The notes beneath the pieces were generated by a model. The model was not told where the DNA came from, did not search any database, and was given only the letters and a program-made list of their open reading frames with translations. Below are positions 38,058 to 48,590 of a stretch of DNA of 52,949 bases, one piece after another (within the stretch, counting starts at the first letter, position 1; each line of letters opens with the position of its first letter). The DNA comes from Fusobacteriota bacterium (GTDB lineage: Bacteria; Fusobacteriota; Fusobacteriia; Fusobacteriales; JBNJFI01), in NCBI GenBank assembly GCA_051746725.1, contig JBNJFI010000005.1, forward strand, positions 1 to 52,949, read 5' to 3'. Position numbers and translations under genes: made by a program.

Positions 38058-40120
38058 CAGTCAATATTCACCATCCCTATTGCTTCTAATTCTATATTAG
38101 GTGCAATTTCATTATATGATAAAACTATTACATGACTTAAATCTCTCTCCAATATTCTTCTCAGTGGTTTTCTTATTTTCGGTCCAACTAACAATATCGG
38201 TTGATTGCCTGCACCGGAAACCTTTTTAACTTCTTCATTTATAACTTGAATAAGTTTATTGTTTAAATCTGGAGATAGGTTTATATAAGTCATTGCTTCA
38301 GCTTCTTCTAAGTTTTCTTGTAAAATATTTTCCAATGAAGGATCTAAAGTTATTACTCTAATTTTTCCATCATCGTCCTGTAATTTATTACATATCTGTC
38401 TTGATAATCCACTTCTAACATATTCAGCTAACATTTCTAAATTTCGTGTCATTCCAGATGCATCTGCTAAGATCTCTAAAATCAAAGGAAGATTTCTTAT
38501 TGAAATATTTTCATTTAACAATGTTTGTAGCACAGTTTGAATCTCTCCTAATTTTAAGATATCTGGATAAACTTCATCGACAATAACACTGTATTCATCT
38601 TTTATATTTTCAATTAAATCTTTTACTAGTCCTCTATCTAATATTTCCGGAGCAAACTTTTTAACAGTTTCCGTAATATGAGTTGCTAAAACCGAAGTAG
38701 GATCTACCACTGTATATCCTACCATCTCTGCTTTTTCTCTTTTTTCTTCTGTTATCCATATAGCTGGCAATTGAAAAGCTGGTTCAGTTGTTGGGATTCC
38801 TTCAATCTCTTCTTCAGCCCCACCTGGATTCATAGCTAAATAATGAGATGTCATTAATTCTCCCTTTGTTACTTCAGACCCCTTTATTTTAAATACATAT
38901 TCATTGGGATTTAATTGCATATTATCTCTTATTCTAATTGGAGGTATTATAATCCCTAACTCTGAAGCTATCTGCTTCCTAATCATTGTTATTCTTTCTA
39001 ATAAATCTCCTCCTTGTGTCTTATCAACTAAAGGAATTAAGGTATATCCTAGTTCTAACTCCATTTGATCCACTTTTAAAAGATCTTTTACATCTTCTTC
39101 TTTTTCTTCTGGAGTTTTTTCTTGACTTTCTGCTTCTTTTTCCTCTTCAGCCTCTTTTTCTTCCGCTTCTTTTATGGAACTTGTCATAAAATATGCTAAA
39201 GTTGCCATGGCAATACTCAGAGTAAAAAAGGCAATTTTAGGCATACCTGGTAATATTCCAATTATAAATAACGCACCTGAAACTAAATACAAAATCCTAG
39301 GTTCCTGGAGAAATTGACCAATTAAATCTGTTCCAAAGTCAGCTTCTGAAGTTGTTCTAGTTACTATCATACCCGTTGCTAAAGATATCAAAAGTGCTGG
39401 TATCTGAGCTGCCAGTCCATCTCCTATTGTTAGTATTATGTATGTAGAAGCTGCATCTGCAAGAGGTTCTCCCCTGGTAAACACACCTATTATAAGTCCA
39501 CCTATTATATTAATAACTGTTACTATTATTCCGGCAATGGCATCTCCTTTTACAAACTTCGAAGCCCCATCCATTGCACCATAAAAATCTGCCTCTTGTC
39601 TTACCTTTTTTCTTTGTTCCTTTGCCTCTTTTTCTGTTATCAAACCCGCATTATAATCAGCATCAATACTCATTTGTTTACCTGGCATAGCATCCAGTGT
39701 AAATCTTGCTGCAACTTCTGCTACTCTTCCTGAACCTTTTGTAATAACTATAAATTGTATAATTACTAATATCAAAAATAAAATTATTCCTATTACATAA
39801 TTTCCCCCTGCAACAAATTCGCCAAAAGCTCTAATCAATTTTCCATCAAAAGCCATCCCTCTTAATAATATTAATTTTGTAGAAGAAACATTTAAAGCTA
39901 ATCTAAATAATGTAGTTACTAATAATAGGGTTGGAAATATTGAAAAGTCCAAAGCTTCTTTTGTATACATAGATAACAAAAATACAATTAATCCAAATGT
40001 TATATTTAAGGCTTGTAAGGAGTCTAACAAAAAAGTTGGTAATGTCATAAAAAACATTAAAACTATTCCAATTAAAAAAATTGGAACTAACACACTTAGA
40101 TTATTAGAACTTTGAGCCAT
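38057..40120 (-). CDS. flhA: Flagellar export protein FlhA
   Basis: FSIFPTLLL..TLFRLALNV.ST, RVAEVAARFTLDAMPGKQMSIDAD, FYGAMDGASKFVKGDAIAG, IRIRDN. Confidence 0.98.
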   Translation of the reverse strand: MAQSSNNLSVLVPIFLIGIVLMFFMTLPTFLLDSLQALNITFGLIVFLLSMYTKEALDFSIFPTLLLVTTLFRLALNVSSTKLILLRGMAFDGKLIRAFGEFVAGGNYVIGIILFLILVIIQFIVITKGSGRVAEVAARFTLDAMPGKQMSIDADYNAGLITEKEAKEQRKKVRQEADFYGAMDGASKFVKGDAIAGIIVTVINIIGGLIIGVFTRGEPLADAASTYIILTIGDGLAAQIPALLISLATGMIVTRTTSEADFGTDLIGQFLQEPRILYLVSGALFIIGILPGMPKIAFFTLSIAMATLAYFMTSSIKEAEEKEAEEEKEAESQEKTPEEKEEDVKDLLKVDQMELELGYTLIPLVDKTQGGDLLERITMIRKQIASELGIIIPPIRIRDNMQLNPNEYVFKIKGSEVTKGELMTSHYLAMNPGGAEEEIEGIPTTEPAFQLPAIWITEEKREKAEMVGYTVVDPTSVLATHITETVKKFAPEILDRGLVKDLIENIKDEYSVIVDEVYPDILKLGEIQTVLQTLLNENISIRNLPLILEILADASGMTRNLEMLAEYVRSGLSRQICNKLQDDDGKIRVITLDPSLENILQENLEEAEAMTYINLSPDLNNKLIQVINEEVKKVSGAGNQPILLVGPKIRKPLRRILERDLSHVIVLSYNEIAPNIELEAIGMVNID

Positions 40121-40203
40121 CTTTATCTCCTTAACTTGATTTTTTCATAAATCTTTAAATCTCAAAACTAATTTACTTTATGATTAATTTATTATAGTAT
40201 TTA

Positions 40204-41325
40204 TCAACTTTCATAAACATATTTCAGTATTTCTGCTACCGCTTTATAATATTCTTCGGTTATTTCTTCACCAGGTTCTATATTCTTATATAGCGCTCTT
40301 GCTAAAGGCTTATTTTCAACCAGCGGAATGTCATTTTCTCTTGCAAGTTCTCTTATTCGTTTGGCAATATTATCTGCCCCTTTTACTAATAACAATGGAG
40401 CTTGCATCCCTTTTTCATATTTTAAAGCAATTGCTAAATGTGTAGGATTAGTTACAACTACAGTTGCCTCTGGAACTTCTTCAATTATTTTTCTCTTAAC
40501 TAATTCTCTTTGCATAGCTTGACGTTTTGATTTTAATTGTGGATCTCCTTCTGTCTGTTTATATTCTTCTTTGATTTCTTGTTTAGACATTTTTAAACTT
40601 TTATTGTGTTCCCATCTTTGATAAAAATAATCCATCAAGGCTAGAATAAAAAGAGCTAAAGATATTTTAAAAGCAATTTCATACGCTAATGAAAATATTG
40701 TGATAAATCCCTGAGATACACTTCCAAATATTATTTTTTGTATATCTACTTGAGAATTTTTAATAGTCAAATAAGCATAAAATCCTACTATCATTAATTT
40801 CATAACCGTTTTAATTAATTCAACTATTTTTTTTAATGAAAATAGCTTCCCTAATCCTTTTATTGGGTCAATTTTTTCAAAACTTGGCTTTAATGGTTCT
40901 AAAGTAAATAAAAATCCAACTTGTAGATAGTTAGACACTAAACCCATTACTAAAATTGATAGTAGTACAGGTCCAGTTACTGATATCACTGCTATAGCAG
41001 AGTCCATCCAGATTCTATTTAATTTTTCCAAAGAAAATCCCGTTTCTTCAAAACTTTGAAATATAGAAATCAAATATTTATCCATAACTTTATAAAAATA
41101 TTTAAAAAAAATATTTAACACAAACATCCCAGTAACTAAAGTTATTGCCTGAGGTAATTCTGTACTTTTAGCTACTTGACCCTTTTCTCTTGCTTCTTGT
41201 TTCCTTTTTGAAGTAGGTTCTTCTGTTTTTTCTTCATCAGCAAATAATTGAATATTTATTCTAAATAAATAATTTTGATCTATGTTCTGGTCTTTAGATT
41301 GTAACCTTTTTTGCTCTTTTCCCAT
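40204..41325 (-). CDS. flhB: Flagellar export protein FlhB
   Basis: EKTEEPT, ARE.GQV.KS.E, KMSKQEIKEE.KQTEGDP, autocleavage site NPTH, ENKPLARALY. Confidence 0.97.
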   Translation of the reverse strand: MGKEQKRLQSKDQNIDQNYLFRINIQLFADEEKTEEPTSKRKQEAREKGQVAKSTELPQAITLVTGMFVLNIFFKYFYKVMDKYLISIFQSFEETGFSLEKLNRIWMDSAIAVISVTGPVLLSILVMGLVSNYLQVGFLFTLEPLKPSFEKIDPIKGLGKLFSLKKIVELIKTVMKLMIVGFYAYLTIKNSQVDIQKIIFGSVSQGFITIFSLAYEIAFKISLALFILALMDYFYQRWEHNKSLKMSKQEIKEEYKQTEGDPQLKSKRQAMQRELVKRKIIEEVPEATVVVTNPTHLAIALKYEKGMQAPLLLVKGADNIAKRIRELARENDIPLVENKPLARALYKNIEPGEEITEEYYKAVAEILKYVYES

Positions 41326-41351
41326 TTTTACGCCCTTATTTTTTATAATAT

Positions 41352-42131
41352 TTAAGTTAAAATTATATTTATTATTTCGATTATTTCTGCATACATTTCA
41401 TTTAGTAAAATTTGAAAATAATTAACCATGACTGGGACAAATGAAATTAATATTAAAAAACCCACTAAAATTTTCAAAGGCATACCAATAAAAAATACAT
41501 TCATCTGGGGGGCTATTTTTGCCATTATTCCCAAAATAACATCTATTAAGAAAAGTACCCCTAAAACTGGCAATGCTATCTTAATTGCAATTGAAAAACA
41601 ATATGCAAAATTTGTAACTATAACTTGGGTTAGTGAATTATAACTATAATCTAAATTCCCTACTTCAAATATTTCAAATGAATTTATCAAAGTTAATATT
41701 ATTCGCCTATGAATCCCCATATTTAAAAATACAGCCAGCAAAAACAGATATTTAAATTGACCTAATATCGGAAGTTGAAATTGAGATATTGGATCTAATA
41801 CGTTAACCATTCCGAAACCCATATCCATACTATATATTTGTGCTGCAATTTGAACAGTAGAAAAAAACATCACCATTATAAATCCTATTACAAAACCCAA
41901 TAGTGATTCTTTTAAGACTAAAATTGTTAAGTCAAAAAAGGTAAGATTTGTAAGTATATCTATATTTTTTTCAATAGAAGTAAATATTAAAAAAACTACC
42001 AAGAAAACAAAAAGAATTTTTATTTTTCTTGGTATACTGCCATTACTAAAAAATGGACTTACAAAAAATATTCCTGATATTCTCATTGTAATTAATAAAA
42101 AAAATATTACCTCTGAATAAATAAATTCCAT
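41352..42131 (-). CDS. fliR: Flagellar export protein FliR
   Basis: Polytopic membrane protein; R..G.F...PFF, MGFGM..VLDP, APQMNVF.IGMP. Confidence 0.93.
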   Translation of the reverse strand: MEFIYSEVIFFLLITMRISGIFFVSPFFSNGSIPRKIKILFVFLVVFLIFTSIEKNIDILTNLTFFDLTILVLKESLLGFVIGFIMVMFFSTVQIAAQIYSMDMGFGMVNVLDPISQFQLPILGQFKYLFLLAVFLNMGIHRRIILTLINSFEIFEVGNLDYSYNSLTQVIVTNFAYCFSIAIKIALPVLGVLFLIDVILGIMAKIAPQMNVFFIGMPLKILVGFLILISFVPVMVNYFQILLNEMYAEIIEIINIILT

Positions 42132-42141
42132 ATTTTTTCAC

Positions 42142-42408
42142 CTAATTTAACGTTGAAATCATCATAAATAATGATTCTGTAAACTCTATTAAAGTTGTCA
42201 TCATCCAATGTCCTAATACAAAAACTACAACAAAAACAGCTATTATTTTTGGAATAAAACTCAAAGTCATTTCTTGAATTTGAGTAGTTGCTTGAAAAAT
42301 TCCAACTAATAATCCTACTGTTAAAGCTGATATCAAAACCGGTAAACTAACCTTTAATATTGTAAGTAGTGCTGTTGACATTAATTCCATAACCAATTCT
42401 TCTGACAT
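42142..42408 (-). CDS. fliQ: Flagellar export protein FliQ
   Basis: VGLLVGIFQATTQIQEMTLSFIPK. Confidence 0.95.
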   Translation of the reverse strand: MSEELVMELMSTALLTILKVSLPVLISALTVGLLVGIFQATTQIQEMTLSFIPKIIAVFVVVFVLGHWMMTTLIEFTESLFMMISTLN

Positions 42409-42416
42409 TTTACCAC

Positions 42417-43160
42417 CTAATTAAAACTTTTTATTAGACCTTCTATTAATAACTCCCATCCATCTACCATTACAAACAAAAGCACTTTAAATGGTAAAGA
42501 AATCATAACTGGAGGTAGCATCATCATTCCCAAAGACATTAGAACTGTTGCTACTATCATATCAATCATTATAAAAGGAATAAATATTATTATCCCAATT
42601 TCAAATCCTTGGGTTATCTCACTCAAAGTATATGCCGGTAAGACCGTCCAAATTGATATATCATTTCTAGATTTTGGAGGTTCAGTTTTTGAGGCCTCCA
42701 AAAATAATTCTAGATCTTTAGTCTTTGTTTGTTTTAACATAAATTTCTTCATTGGACCTTCTATTCTTTCAAAAAACTCTGTTCGGTTTATTTCTTGATC
42801 TAAATATGGATTTATACCCTCTTCTAAAACTGTATTTATAGTAGGTTGCATTATAAAAAAAGTTAAAAAGAGAGTTAACCCAACCAACACTTGATTAGGA
42901 GGCATTTGTTGCAATCCCATGGCCTGCCTTATAAAATGAAATACTATAATTATTCTTATAAAAGAAGTAGTCATAATTATAATAGCAGGAGCCAAGGTTA
43001 GTATTGTCAATATCAGTAATATTTGTAAACTAGTAACTAAATCTCCTGGCTCTGTAGCCTGATCAATTCCAATATTTATATTAGGAATTGGTATTTCTCT
43101 TTGACCAAAAGCTCCTACTGAAGTGATTATAAAAAAAAATATTATTTTTATTTTTCTCAT
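42417..43160 (-). CDS. fliP: Flagellar export protein FliP
   Basis: LTLAPAI..MTTSF.RI, QQMPPNQVL, PFIMIDM, MSLGMMMLPP..ISLPFK, DGW. Confidence 0.97.
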   Translation of the reverse strand: MRKIKIIFFFIITSVGAFGQREIPIPNINIGIDQATEPGDLVTSLQILLILTILTLAPAIIIMTTSFIRIIIVFHFIRQAMGLQQMPPNQVLVGLTLFLTFFIMQPTINTVLEEGINPYLDQEINRTEFFERIEGPMKKFMLKQTKTKDLELFLEASKTEPPKSRNDISIWTVLPAYTLSEITQGFEIGIIIFIPFIMIDMIVATVLMSLGMMMLPPVMISLPFKVLLFVMVDGWELLIEGLIKSFN

Positions 43161-43161
43161 A

Positions 43162-43533
43162 CTATTTCCTCATTTTTTTTAATTTATCTTTTAGTCTTTT
43201 AGAATTTTCTTGGTTATTTAATACAAAAAAATCTTTAAAATTACTTTCTTTATTATCTTTTAAATTGTTTTGTATTATTTTTTCTTTTATCTTTTCATCC
43301 TTAAATTCCTTTAAGATTGATATTGAAGATTCCGTTATTCCTATTAAAATTATTTCTTCTTCGATCATAACTAAAGACAAAAAAGAATTTGGCGTATATT
43401 GGAACCTCTCTAATTCTTGTATATTATTTCCGCTTTTTCCTAAATTTAATTTTCCTTTTTTCAATATAAAATATCCTAAAATTATTATTAAAAAAGCTGC
43501 TCCGATTAACTCTAAAATTATTAATCGATCCAA
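43162..43533 (-). CDS. fliO: Flagellar biosynthesis protein FliO/FliZ
   Basis: N-terminal TM helix, I.ELER, L.LV.I..E.ILIGIT...ISIL; located between cheY and fliP. Confidence 0.8.
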   Translation of the reverse strand: MDRLIILELIGAAFLIIILGYFILKKGKLNLGKSGNNIQELERFQYTPNSFLSLVMIEEEIILIGITESSISILKEFKDEKIKEKIIQNNLKDNKESNFKDFFVLNNQENSKRLKDKLKKMRK

Positions 43534-43534
43534 T

Positions 43535-43900
43535 TTAACTTCCTATAACTTTAGAAACTGCTTCTAATACTCTATCTGGTTGAAAAGGTTTAACTATAAA
43601 ATCCTTAGCTCCAGCTTGTATTGCGTCTATAACCATTGCTTGTTGTCCCATGGCACTACACATAACTACTTTGGCATCTGGATCTTGATCTAATATCTCT
43701 TTTACTGCAGCAATTCCATCTTTTTCAGGCATTGTTATATCCATTGTAACTAAATCCGGGTCTAACTCTTTCCATTTCGCTACACCTTCATCTCCATTTT
43801 CAGCTTCACCAACTACTTCATATCCTGCTTTTGTTAGTATGTTTTTTATCATCATTCTCATAAATGCAGCATCATCTACAATTAATACTTTTTTTCCCAT
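43535..43900 (-). CDS. cheY: Chemotaxis response regulator CheY
   Basis: VLIVDDAAFMRMMIK, MDITMPE.DG, CSAMGQQAMVIDAIQAGAKDFIVKPF (Bacillus-type). Confidence 0.97.
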   Translation of the reverse strand: MGKKVLIVDDAAFMRMMIKNILTKAGYEVVGEAENGDEGVAKWKELDPDLVTMDITMPEKDGIAAVKEILDQDPDAKVVMCSAMGQQAMVIDAIQAGAKDFIVKPFQPDRVLEAVSKVIGS

Positions 43901-43917
43901 TATTTTCCTCCTTTTTT

Positions 43918-45132
43918 TTATTGAACCTTATTTATTCTTTCCATCTTACTTACTATGTCTGTTATTCTTACTCCAAAGCTTTCATCAATAACTACTACTT
44001 CTCCTTTAGCTATCATTTTTCCATTTACTCTTATATCAACTGGCTCTCCAGCTAGTCTATCTAATTCTACTATAGAACCCCCCCCTAAGTCAAGTATTTC
44101 TTTAATTTTCATTTTTGTTCTTCCTAACTCAACTGTTACTTGCAATGGAATATCCATTATCATATCTATATTTGAAGGTAAATCCTGTTGTACACTTTGA
44201 TTCCCAAATGATGAAAATTGAGCCGGTTGTACATTTACGTTATTCAGCTGTTGATTTTGACCCATCATCTGCGGCTGTTGTGGCTGCTGTTGTGGCTGTT
44301 GCTGCATCATTTGTGGTTGCGGCTGTTGCATCTGAGGTTGTTGCTGCATCTGAGGTTGCTGTTGTTGCGGTTGTTGTTGTTGTTGTTGTGGTTGAGGATT
44401 ATTTTCTGGTTGTTTTTCAGAAGCTCCCTCTCCTTCCGCTTGAGCAAACATCTTTTGAGTTATTTCTTTTACAAAAGCCATATTCATGGTTTGGTATATT
44501 TTTGTATCTATTAAATCACCTATTGTTAAATTAAATTCAATAGTAATAAATTCATCATTTTGTTCAAAAAAATCAGTATTTTTTTCTAATTCAGTGATAC
44601 TACTAACAGATATCTCAGGAGATTTTATATCAATTTCCATATCAAACATACCGGCTAATGAAGTTGAAGCAGATCCCATCATCTGATTCATAGCTTCTCC
44701 GACTGCACTTTTATACATGTCAGTAAATTCTTTTGGATTTTTCCCATCTTCCCCCATCATAAGATCCCCTATAATTGTAGCATCTTGTTTATTTATAATT
44801 AAGATATTTAAACCAGAGAAACCTTTTTTGTATTCAATTTTCACTACAACTTTTTCCTTAGGTTCAGATATTTTATTTATAAATTCATTTATATTCATTA
44901 CCTCTACTTTTGGAGTATCTATACTTACATTTTTTCCAATCAAAGTAGATAAGGCTGTGGAAGATGATCCTAAGGATATATTTCCAACTTCTCCTATTGC
45001 ATCTTTTTCTTCTTTAGTAAGTTCTATAGTATGCTCTACTGTTTCATTTGAAGAGTTGTCAACTTCTTCTTCGTCTGAACTACCTCCACCTAATAGAGCA
45101 TCTATTTCATCTTGAGATAATACTCCTTCCAT
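43918..45132 (-). CDS. fliY: Flagellar motor switch phosphatase FliY (CheC-like + FliN)
   Basis: [10 protein letters not shown], two ExxN motifs (GEVGN, GEAMN), Q/P linker, FliN domain [26 protein letters not shown]. Start moved to ATG 45132. Confidence 0.95.
   Translation of the reverse strand: MEGVLSQDEIDALLGGGSSDEEEVDNSSNETVEHTIELTKEEKDAIGEVGNISLGSSSTALSTLIGKNVSIDTPKVEVMNINEFINKISEPKEKVVVKIEYKKGFSGLNILIINKQDATIIGDLMMGEDGKNPKEFTDMYKSAVGEAMNQMMGSASTSLAGMFDMEIDIKSPEISVSSITELEKNTDFFEQNDEFITIEFNLTIGDLIDTKIYQTMNMAFVKEITQKMFAQAEGEGASEKQPENNPQPQQQQQQPQQQQPQMQQQPQMQQPQPQMMQQQPQQQPQQPQMMGQNQQLNNVNVQPAQFSSFGNQSVQQDLPSNIDMIMDIPLQVTVELGRTKMKIKEILDLGGGSIVELDRLAGEPVDIRVNGKMIAKGEVVVIDESFGVRITDIVSKMERINKVQ
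44248..44397 (-). repeat. Coding Gln/Pro low-complexity repeat in fliY
   Basis: CAA/CAG/CCN codon tract including (CAA)6 at 44371-44388; encodes [27 protein letters not shown]... Confidence 0.85.
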
Positions 45133-45133
45133 T

Positions 45134-46120
45134 TTAATCCTCACCTTCCTTTATCACTTTTTTGATAGAAACAGCCATCTTTTTACCTAGTTGTCCGGCC
45201 TCTCCTTCAAATTTAATTTCATTTCCTACTTTTATTTTTAAATCCTCATCAACTTGTTGATCCAGAGATATTACATCTCCCTTTTTTAAACTTAATAATT
45301 CACTTAACGGTATTTGAGTCTCTCCTAGATTTGCTATTACAGGAACTTTAACAAGATGTAGTCTTTCTCTCAAAGCTTTTATGTTTTCCGTAGTTCCTTC
45401 TTCTCTAATATTAGAAAACCAATATTGTGCTGATAATTTTGAAACTACAGGTTCTATCATAGGATATGGAAAACACAAATTCATCATTCCTTCTGAGTCT
45501 CCTATTTTTACCTCGAAAGTTATCAAAATAACCATTTCATTAGGTCCTACAATTTGTACAAATTGAGAATTAGATTCTATCTGTTCTATCCTCGGAGATA
45601 CTTGAGTTATGTTTTCCCAAGCTTCTTTTAAATGATTTAACTGTTTCAACATCATTTTTTCAACAATACTTATTTCAATATCAGTTAACTCTCTAGATAC
45701 ATCATATTTTTTTCCTACTCCACCAAATAATCTATCAATTAAGGTAAATGCAATATTTGGATTCAATTCTAAAATGGCATTTCCATCTAGGCTTCCGGCA
45801 TCAAATATACCCATTATTGTATTTTCTGGAACAGATCTGATAAATTCTTCATAAGTTATCTGATCAACAGAAATAACCTGGATTTGAACTGAAGTTCTCA
45901 ACTGTGCTGACAACATTGTTGTATTTAACCTTGCAAATGTCTCATGAATCATTTGAAGAGTTCTTAACTGATCTTTAGATAATTTATCTGGACGTTTAAA
46001 ATCATAAACTTTAACTTTCTTTTCTTTTTCTTCATTTTTTGCTTCTTCTATGTCCATTTCTCCTGTTGAGATTGCCGATAACAGGGAATCTATTTCTCCT
46101 TGAGATAATACTTCAGCCAT
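45134..46120 (-). CDS. fliM: Flagellar motor switch protein FliM
   Basis: [46 protein letters not shown]. Start moved to ATG 46120. Confidence 0.97.
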   Translation of the reverse strand: MAEVLSQGEIDSLLSAISTGEMDIEEAKNEEKEKKVKVYDFKRPDKLSKDQLRTLQMIHETFARLNTTMLSAQLRTSVQIQVISVDQITYEEFIRSVPENTIMGIFDAGSLDGNAILELNPNIAFTLIDRLFGGVGKKYDVSRELTDIEISIVEKMMLKQLNHLKEAWENITQVSPRIEQIESNSQFVQIVGPNEMVILITFEVKIGDSEGMMNLCFPYPMIEPVVSKLSAQYWFSNIREEGTTENIKALRERLHLVKVPVIANLGETQIPLSELLSLKKGDVISLDQQVDEDLKIKVGNEIKFEGEAGQLGKKMAVSIKKVIKEGED

Positions 46121-46149
46121 TATATCCACCACCTAACTATTATAATTTA

Positions 46150-46662
46150 TTATTGAATCAGCCATTTAACAAAATATATATCTTTTATTTCCCCAACTGG
46201 AATACTCTCATTGAATTCTTTAATTAATTCTTTTTTGAGTTTTTTATGTCCTGGATCATTTCTTAAATCTTCAATACTCTTCGAACTCATAACTGTTAAG
46301 AATTTATCTTTTAATATAACATTTATATTTTCTAATTTTTCTATTGATAATCCATCTTTTTTGGAAGCATCTATTTCTAATCGAACCGAACATACTAAAT
46401 ACCTAGAAGTTGGCTCATTTAAGTTAACTGTAAAATCACCAAAATCATAAATAGTCCCAAGCTCTTTGGATTCTTTAGGTGATCCACCATTTGATTCTTC
46501 TACAGCGGCACTTCCTCCGCTTCCGCTATTTGGTTTAGTTAGTACCCAGGTTATCCCAATAGCTGCTACTGTATTTACAATTAATATAATTCCTATAATT
46601 AAAGCTTTCGTTATAAAAGGCATTTCACTTTTTTGCATTGGAATTTGTTCTTCATCTGCCAT
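46150..46662 (-). CDS. fliL: Flagellar basal body-associated protein FliL
   Basis: One TM helix, FTVNL, YL...V.L, C-terminal I.DIYF..W.IQ; located between motB and fliM. Confidence 0.9.
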   Translation of the reverse strand: MADEEQIPMQKSEMPFITKALIIGIILIVNTVAAIGITWVLTKPNSGSGGSAAVEESNGGSPKESKELGTIYDFGDFTVNLNEPTSRYLVCSVRLEIDASKKDGLSIEKLENINVILKDKFLTVMSSKSIEDLRNDPGHKKLKKELIKEFNESIPVGEIKDIYFVKWLIQ

Positions 46663-46663
46663 A

Positions 46664-47464
46664 TTATTCCTCCTTATCTAGAGATTCCTGTAACTCTTTT
46701 TCTTTTGCTCTCTCTTCTAAACTTTTTAAAACTATTATATCCACTCTTCTATTTTTAGCTCTTCCCCTGGCAGTATCGTTTGTTGCAACAGGGCGAGTAT
46801 CAGCATAACCAGAGGCAAATATTCTTCCTCGTAAAGTAGAATCATTTTCTAACATATATTTTAATACATTAACTGCTCTTGCTGTAGATAATTCCCAGTT
46901 ACTGGGATATCTTTCGGTATTAATAGGCACATTATCTGTATGGCCTTCAACAACTATATCATTTGGAATTCCTTGTAATTCCGAAAGAACAGCTTCTAAT
47001 ATTTTTAATCCTTGCGGTTTAATCTGCGCATACCCTGAGTCAAAAAGGCTTCTATTTAAAAAACTAATCTTTAAACCTCTTTCTGTTATTTCAGTGGTAA
47101 CAGAGGGTTGATCTTCTTGATCCTCTTGTTTTAATTTTTCTCCCTTTTCCATACTTTCATTTATCTCTTCGTCAACTCTTTTTTGGACTTCTTTGGAAAG
47201 AAGCATAAATTTCATTTCTGTTCCCTTAGCTTGAATTCTAGTATCAGTAATCAATTTTTCTGGACTTATTGTCTTTCCACCTTCCATTACTCCTAAAGCA
47301 CCTTGAAAGGCTTTCATCATCGTCTGAAATTTTTGAGAATCAGTTGATGAAAATGCAAATAACAAAACAAAAAAGGCCATTAACAAAGTCATCATATCTC
47401 CATAGGTTGCCATCCATTCCGGTTGGCCCTCTGGAGGACATTCTGGACATTTTTTTTTAGGCAT
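46664..47464 (-). CDS. motB: Flagellar stator B subunit (MotB/PomB/MotS)
   Basis: WMATYGDMMTLLMAFFVLLF, OmpA-like VEGHTDN, SNWELSTARA, NRRVDI. Confidence 0.95.
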   Translation of the reverse strand: MPKKKCPECPPEGQPEWMATYGDMMTLLMAFFVLLFAFSSTDSQKFQTMMKAFQGALGVMEGGKTISPEKLITDTRIQAKGTEMKFMLLSKEVQKRVDEEINESMEKGEKLKQEDQEDQPSVTTEITERGLKISFLNRSLFDSGYAQIKPQGLKILEAVLSELQGIPNDIVVEGHTDNVPINTERYPSNWELSTARAVNVLKYMLENDSTLRGRIFASGYADTRPVATNDTARGRAKNRRVDIIVLKSLEERAKEKELQESLDKEE

Positions 47465-47468
47465 TTTA

Positions 47469-48233
47469 TTATTCCCCCTCTCCTAATTCCTCCCGCGATG
47501 TTGGAGGCAAAAAAGATTTCAGCTTTTCCTCTACAACTTTAGGGTTATCACCTGCTTGAATTGATAATATTCCTTCAATAATAAGTTGTTTAGATAAGAT
47601 TTCTTGTCCACTATAATATCCTAATTTCGTCGCTATTGGCGAAAATATAACATTTGCAATAAATGATCCATATAATGTTGTTATCAATGCAATAGCCATT
47701 GATGGTCCTAAAGAACTTGGATCACTTAGGTTACCAAGCATTAATATTAAACCAATTAAAGTCCCTAACATACCATAGGCTGGCCCATAACTAGCTCCAT
47801 CCTCCATGAGATCTTTTCCTAGTTTATGTCTTTCTTCTATAAAAGAAACTTCACTATCCAATATACTCTGTACGAGTTCTGGTTCTGTACCATCTACAAT
47901 AAGTTGAACTCCTTTTTTGAGAAATTCATTATCTACTTCTTCAATATCTCCTTCTAAGGCTAATAAACCTTCTCTTCTTGCCTTTTCTGCAAAACTTACC
48001 AAGTTATTTATAGTTGAAACCAAGTCAGGAACTTTATTCAAAAAAGCTTTTTGAACATAAAAAACAGATTTCAACATAACTGGTAATGGATAAGATATAA
48101 ATAAAGCTCCAAATGTTCCTCCGGCAACTATAGCTAAAGACTGAACATCTACAAATGGACTTATATCAAACCCCATACCTATCATCATTAATACTACTAC
48201 CATAACATAACCAATTATCGTTGCTATATCCAT
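47469..48233 (-). CDS. motA: Flagellar stator A subunit (MotA/PomA/MotP)
   Basis: IVAGGT, ARREGLLALE, LIVDGT, PAYGMLGTLIGL, ALITTLYG, IQAGDNP. Confidence 0.95.
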   Translation of the reverse strand: MDIATIIGYVMVVVLMMIGMGFDISPFVDVQSLAIVAGGTFGALFISYPLPVMLKSVFYVQKAFLNKVPDLVSTINNLVSFAEKARREGLLALEGDIEEVDNEFLKKGVQLIVDGTEPELVQSILDSEVSFIEERHKLGKDLMEDGASYGPAYGMLGTLIGLILMLGNLSDPSSLGPSMAIALITTLYGSFIANVIFSPIATKLGYYSGQEILSKQLIIEGILSIQAGDNPKVVEEKLKSFLPPTSREELGEGE

Positions 48234-48264
48234 AATTTCCTCCTACATATGTGTTTTGATAGTA

Positions 48265-48453
48265 TTAAAGTAAAATACTTCGTTTATATTTCACTACCAA
48301 ATCAACTATCTCTTCCTTTGATTCTGTAACTAATATTTTTTTTCCTGTTGTTAATTTTATGATTGTATCTGGTTTTTCTTCTAATGTTTCAATTAGTTCT
48401 GCATTGATAACTATCTCTTCGTTACTCTTGCCTATTCTATGCACTATGATCAT
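48265..48453 (-). CDS. swrD: FlbD/SwrD family flagellar protein
   Basis: 62 aa; INAELIE..E..PDT.I.LTTGKK..V.ES; located between flgE and motA. Confidence 0.9.
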   Translation of the reverse strand: MIIVHRIGKSNEEIVINAELIETLEEKPDTIIKLTTGKKILVTESKEEIVDLVVKYKRSILL

Positions 48454-48483
48454 TTTTATTTCTCCTTTAATTATAACATTTTT

Positions 48484-48511
48484 TTTACAAAAAATCTAAC
48501 TTTTTTGTAAA
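48484..48511. promoter_or_regulatory. Perfect palindrome upstream of swrD (candidate operator)
   Basis: TTTACAAAAAA-tctaac-TTTTTTGTAAA, just upstream of an extended -10 TGtTATAAT (48478-48470, minus strand). Confidence 0.4.
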
Positions 48512-48558
48512 TTAAATCTATATAAATCTAATAAATTCAAAGCCTAATATAATTTTAT

Positions 48559-48590
48559 AAAATAAGACGAGGTCCCCCTCGCCTTATTTT
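48559..48590 (-). terminator. Intrinsic terminator after flgE
   Basis: Minus strand AAAATAAGGCGAGG-GGGA-CCTCGTCTTATTTT. Confidence 0.75.

Noticed and set aside
40121..40203. 83-bp gap between flhB and flhA as a possible sigma28 promoter or RNA element
   Set aside because: No TAAA-N15-GCCGATAA match, no correctly spaced sigma70 boxes, no stable hairpin
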